Shown piece by piece: positions 60,371-64,000 of a stretch of DNA of 64,000 nucleotides (the first letter of the stretch is position 1; each line of letters starts with the position of its first letter). The translations under genes and the position numbers were made by a program. The stretch spans positions 992,001 through 1,056,000 of the forward strand of contig CAKKNE010000001.1 in assembly GCA_918797485.1 (NCBI GenBank), in the 5' to 3' direction. This DNA comes from Pelagomonas calceolata. Its lineage: Eukaryota. The notes beneath the pieces are model-generated. The model saw only the letters and a program-made list of their open reading frames with translations. It made no database searches and was not told where the DNA came from.

Positions 60371-61723
60371 TCAGAAACGCTGCTCGAAGTCGAGGTCCTC
60401 CCTCCGGACCGAGGGATTGTACTGGAGGTTGATGCCGCGCAGCGTGACGTCGTATTCGAGCGTCGCGCCGCCCGGCACCCCGAACGCGCGCGAGCCTCTA
60501 TCGCCGAAACCAAGCGCAGGCGGCACGCGCAGCACGCGTCGCTCGCCGATGCACATGTCATACAGCCCCAGCTCGAGACCTTTCAGCACCTCCCCGCTCC
60601 CAAGCATCGCCGCGAAGCGGCTCCGTCGATCGAACACGCCGCCGTCGACGACGCTGCCGACGTAGTCAATTTCGACCACGTCCGCGTCTCTGGAACGCAT
60701 GCAACCGGTCGCGGCCGCGGGCCCCGGCTCGACCTTGAGCACGTTTATACGCGACGTCCGGAAGCCCTGATCTTGCGCCTCTTTTTCAACATAATCCGCG
60801 CGCGCCTTGATGTCGGTGCGTGGATCGTCAGCAGCGTGCGCGCGCGGCGCGAAAGCGAGCGCCGTCGCGCCGAGGACGCTTCGGCGGTCCACGCCCGTCG
60901 TCGTGTCATCAATCACACGAGATGCAGTATGCAACACGACGTCGTACACACCGCTCGCCGTCGTGATCGACGACCGCGCCGTCGCCACGCGCAGCCCTAC
61001 GGCCCGCAAGGCGTCTTCCAGGTCGCTGGGCGCCGCGCGCGCATACTTCGCGTCGGACCAGTCCCGCTCGGCCGAAAACGCGTACAGGACGCCGTCCTCT
61101 GCTAAATGATGAGCGATACAGTTCGCCAACGGTTCTATAGCTTCCGGCGCGTAGACGCAGTCCGCGCAAACCACGACGTCGACCGGTTCGAGCCAACTCT
61201 CGGAGTCCGCCCAGTCGACCCGTTTCGAGTCGACCTGATCGAAGCCGTTCGCGATGCACGTCCGCCGCTGCGCGTCTAGTAATCCGGACGGCGCGTCGAA
61301 GTCCCTATCATTAACAGCGTCGAGGTCCGTCAACGTGACATGAGCGGCGTCCGTGACGGCCGCGACCGCGCAGCCGAACAGCCCCACGCCGCTCCCCAAC
61401 TCCAGCACGCGCTTGCCCTCGAATAAGGCCTTGTTTTGACAAGCCCAGGCGGCGCCGGCCAAAGCTGCCGGCCAGACTTGATACCCAAGTTTGCCCTCGA
61501 AAAAGCTGCACTCGTAGAGCGTCAGCATTTTCGAGCCATCCAGCACAAAGGTCCGGCCCTCGGCCTTGGTCGTGACCTCGAGCAGGTCCGTTTTGTCTTT
61601 ACCGTCGGTCAGCGTGTAGGTGCGCTGGGCGCGTAATGCGACGGTTCTGGCGTGCGATTTGTGTGGGGGCTGGTAGGCTGTTGTCGTGCAGAGCAGCAGC
61701 AGGGCTGTCATTTGTGGCGGCAT
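60371..61723 (-). CDS. Methyltransf_16 plus FKBP-type PPIase fusion
   Basis: GYQVWPAA, VLELGSGVG, CADCVY; then VEIDYVG...FD, LKGLELGL..MCIGERRVLRVPPALGFG in one ORF. Confidence 0.8.
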   Translation of the reverse strand: MPPQMTALLLLCTTTAYQPPHKSHARTVALRAQRTYTLTDGKDKTDLLEVTTKAEGRTFVLDGSKMLTLYECSFFEGKLGYQVWPAALAGAAWACQNKALFEGKRVLELGSGVGLFGCAVAAVTDAAHVTLTDLDAVNDRDFDAPSGLLDAQRRTCIANGFDQVDSKRVDWADSESWLEPVDVVVCADCVYAPEAIEPLANCIAHHLAEDGVLYAFSAERDWSDAKYARAAPSDLEDALRAVGLRVATARSSITTASGVYDVVLHTASRVIDDTTTGVDRRSVLGATALAFAPRAHAADDPRTDIKARADYVEKEAQDQGFRTSRINVLKVEPGPAAATGCMRSRDADVVEIDYVGSVVDGGVFDRRSRFAAMLGSGEVLKGLELGLYDMCIGERRVLRVPPALGFGDRGSRAFGVPGGATLEYDVTLRGINLQYNPSVRREDLDFEQRF

Positions 61724-61866
61724 GACTTGTGAAAACGCAGGGCGCGGTCGCGTTGTTGGCGAGGGCACGGGTGCGCAGACGTCTCGGGAGTCTTAAAACG
61801 AGCGATGCCGCTCTGGCTTGCTTGTACGGCGTCAAAAACAAGCTTTTGCTTGCTTGCTTGCTGGAG

Positions 61867-61891
61867 CCTAGTGTGTTACAAGTCGCTAGCT
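61867..61891 (+). promoter_or_regulatory. Upstream double-CTAG motif copy (CCTAGTGTGTTACAAGTCGCTAGCT)
   Basis: Between divergent starts 61723(-) and 62053(+). Confidence 0.65.
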
Positions 61892-62052
61892 ACTCGGCCG
61901 CGGCGCGGGCTCGTTAGACGCCTTAATTGCGACGCTGCCACTCAATTGAGCTCGATACAGTCTCAATCTCAAAGGACTGCGACCGCTGCGCTGCGAGACA
62001 TTGCGGCATTTGGCGCCACAGGGGCTGCACAAGCCTGCATGCTGCACGACGC

Positions 62053-63297
62053 ATGATGCGTCGCGCGAAGAAACGAGCCGAGCCGCGCGGCCCGTCGCCG
62101 CGGAGGATAGGACTCCTCGTCGCGTTCTGCCTGCTCGCCGTCGGCGTGCCGTACTGGTTCAAGGGACGCACGAGCCCGCCCGCACCACCTACAACCTCGC
62201 TGCACGACCTCCGCCGGTCCGCTCCTGTCATAGGCGACGGCCTCGTGAGCCAGTGGACGGAGATCGCGAGCCTTAGCTGGTACCACACGGACAAGCTCGA
62301 CAAAGATGAGCTGGCGAGCGAAGCGTCGAAGGCGGAGGAGCGTGCAAGACTCGTAGCAGAATGTTTCCGCCGCGACCCGGGTAATGGCGCGCGCCTCTGG
62401 GGTACCGACCAGATGAAGAAGCGCCTCATTTTTGTGCACGTGCCCAAGTGCGGCGGCTCGGCGCTGACGGCGACGTTAAGACGTTTAGCGTGTGTCGCCA
62501 ACGGGAACCCGACGAACCCCTGCTGCAGCAACCCCGGCTTCTGTCAAAGAAATAGGCAGAAGATGCGCCTGTGTCCTGATGTCTTAAATTGCCACTCGCA
62601 CCAGCCGCAATTATCGTTATTCTTCGGGGCTCGAAGCCTGAACCGCCACCTCAAGGCCGTGACCATGGTCCGCGAGCCACTCGGAAGGGTCGTCTCTGCG
62701 TGGCACTACCGCTGCCACAACCCGAACTGGGACTGCTTTCATATCGACGGGAGCGTGCAGTGGGCCGAGAGAAAGCGATTGCATGATGACTGGTACGTGC
62801 GGCCGCCGAACGCGTCGGACTCGCTGCCCTGGGTCTCCTTCGGTCAATTTTTGGGGATGGAGCACTACCAGAACGTCCAGACGCGGATGCTTGGGAGTGA
62901 TCGGTTCCCCTACTCCCCAACAAGAGTGGAGGCCCTGGACGTGCGGCGCGCTTTATCTCGCATCGACGCCCACTTTGCGGTCGTGGGGGTGTTTGAGCTA
63001 TTCGAGCACTCGGCGGCATTAATAGCGGTCCTGGCGGGCGTGCCCGTCGACCCCGCGGATTTGCTAAGGGTGCGCGCGCAGCATACGCCCAAATATTCCG
63101 AGTTTACCGCGGCGCTGACGGGCGACGCGGCGCTGGCCGCGAAGGTTCTGGAGAAGAATGTTCATGATCAAACGCTGCACCGGGAGGCGTCCATGCGATT
63201 GTGTCGGCAGCTGCGCGAGAATGATTTGCTGGAGCTGCCGGGGTGCGCGGATCCTGTTGCCGCGAAGGCGCGGGCGTTTTGTGCTAAAGTTTTGTAG
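62053..63297 (+). CDS. Golgi-type sulfotransferase
   Basis: Type II transmembrane anchor; FVHVPKCGGS (5'-PSB) and TMVREPLGRVVSAWHY (3'-PB). Confidence 0.85.
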   Translation: MMRRAKKRAEPRGPSPRRIGLLVAFCLLAVGVPYWFKGRTSPPAPPTTSLHDLRRSAPVIGDGLVSQWTEIASLSWYHTDKLDKDELASEASKAEERARLVAECFRRDPGNGARLWGTDQMKKRLIFVHVPKCGGSALTATLRRLACVANGNPTNPCCSNPGFCQRNRQKMRLCPDVLNCHSHQPQLSLFFGARSLNRHLKAVTMVREPLGRVVSAWHYRCHNPNWDCFHIDGSVQWAERKRLHDDWYVRPPNASDSLPWVSFGQFLGMEHYQNVQTRMLGSDRFPYSPTRVEALDVRRALSRIDAHFAVVGVFELFEHSAALIAVLAGVPVDPADLLRVRAQHTPKYSEFTAALTGDAALAAKVLEKNVHDQTLHREASMRLCRQLRENDLLELPGCADPVAAKARAFCAKVL

Positions 63298-63331
63298 TAG
63301 TCTTACTTTTCACATACAATAGGAAGCGTGG

Positions 63332-63400
63332 GGCCGCGTGTCTCGGCGGATGGGGTTGGAATAGTTCCGTCCTCCACCCACGTCATGTCAGTGCGCGGTC
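63332..63400 (-). promoter_or_regulatory. SECIS element
   Basis: CCGCG helix I, ATGAC/CGAG quartet, GTGGGTGGAGG/CCCCATCCGC helix II, apical AC-GGAA-CTA-TTCC mini-stem; about 20 nt past the SelO stop. Confidence 0.82.
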
Positions 63401-63420
63401 GTGCTTCCTCGCTCGACGCT

Positions 63421-64000
63421 TCACGACGATCACGACATGTAGCCGACGCCGCCCTGCGTGTGAGCGCCGTCGGGCGCGCGGCGGGCGTATTTGGCCACAA
63501 GCGCAGGGTCGTGGTCGTCGCTGTACGGCCTACTAAACAGCCGCTGCAGCGTCTCGATGACCGAGTTGTCGCCGCGCTCGGCGGCTTCGTAGGCCTCCAC
63601 GAGCATCCACTCGCGCGGCACGAACAACGGGTTCACTTGATTCATTCCCTTCACGTCGGGTTCCGCGCGGCGCCAGCGCGCGAGCCAATCGCGCCACTTT
63701 TTCGCCTTTGCCGGCGACGGCGGGACATAGAACGCCGGTGCGAGCGCCTCCAACGCGTCGGCGTCCGTCCGAGCGGTGGCCGCCAGACGGCGCCAGAATA
63801 ACGTATAGTCGACGTCCGCGTCGAGGAGAGCGGCGGAGTCGGCCCATAGCTTCGTAGCCGAGGCTTGATCATGGACGAGGCCTAGCTTGGCCGCCCACAT
63901 CGCCATCTCGGCCCGTTCCGCTTCGTCGGCGAAGGCTTGGCGCGCGGCGGTCGCGGCGGCCGCGTCGTCGAGGAGTGGTTCCAGGCTTCTCACCAACGTC
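63421..64000 (-). CDS. SELENOO: Selenoprotein O (SelO AMPylase), 5'-partial, Sec at TGA 63430-63432
   Basis: DYTLFWRRL, MNQVNPLFVPREW...A, LFSRPY; ends ATG TCG TGA TCG TCG TGA = M-S-U-S-S-stop. Confidence 0.9.

Noticed and set aside
2724..61891. CTAG motif or introner copies as a CRISPR array
   Set aside because: The copies are dispersed and variable, there is no repeat-spacer periodicity or cas gene, and the context is eukaryotic.
1..64000. Hundreds of overlapping Arg/Ala/Pro-rich ORFs in the track
   Set aside because: These are shadow frames of GC-rich coding sequence with no recognisable motifs.
1..64000. tRNA or rRNA genes
   Set aside because: None were recognised by eye; tRNAscan-SE/Infernal would be needed to exclude them.

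Overview
This is a gene-dense, GC-rich eukaryotic nuclear window with about 43 genes, short intergenic gaps, plastid-targeted proteins with bipartite signals and ciliary proteins. By inference it comes from a pelagophyte alga (Pelagomonas/Aureococcus-like). (1) Almost every intron I could reconstruct is repeat-derived. Seven are copies of a non-autonomous TIR element (introner family A) with 8-bp target-site duplications; the element end supplies the 3' AG, the TSD supplies the GT/GC donor, and both orientations splice. Four of them sit in one fucosyltransferase gene. A second family (B, 3-4 copies) lacks 8-bp TSDs, and two introns are built from repeats of a shared CGCGTCGATGGCGT core. (2) A ~25-bp motif, SCTAGTGTSTTACANNCCGCTAGCT, occurs about 15 times, always upstream of gene starts, and is a candidate core or bidirectional promoter element. 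(3) A spliced ~1274-aa protein has a pore-less S1-S4 voltage-sensor domain, a Cys-rich external loop and ankyrin repeats. (4) SelO has a C-terminal Sec (UGA) codon and a SECIS hairpin. (5) Accessory or hidden items: a vanadium haloperoxidase 3' fragment absent from the ORF track, a virus-like HNH endonuclease, a glycosyltransferase flanked by 44-bp direct repeats, an inverted TPR-family fragment pair, an SBP-like zinc domain, nuclear plastid rpl4 and an apparent frameshift in a psbU-like gene. All product calls come from motif recognition by eye; no database searches were run.
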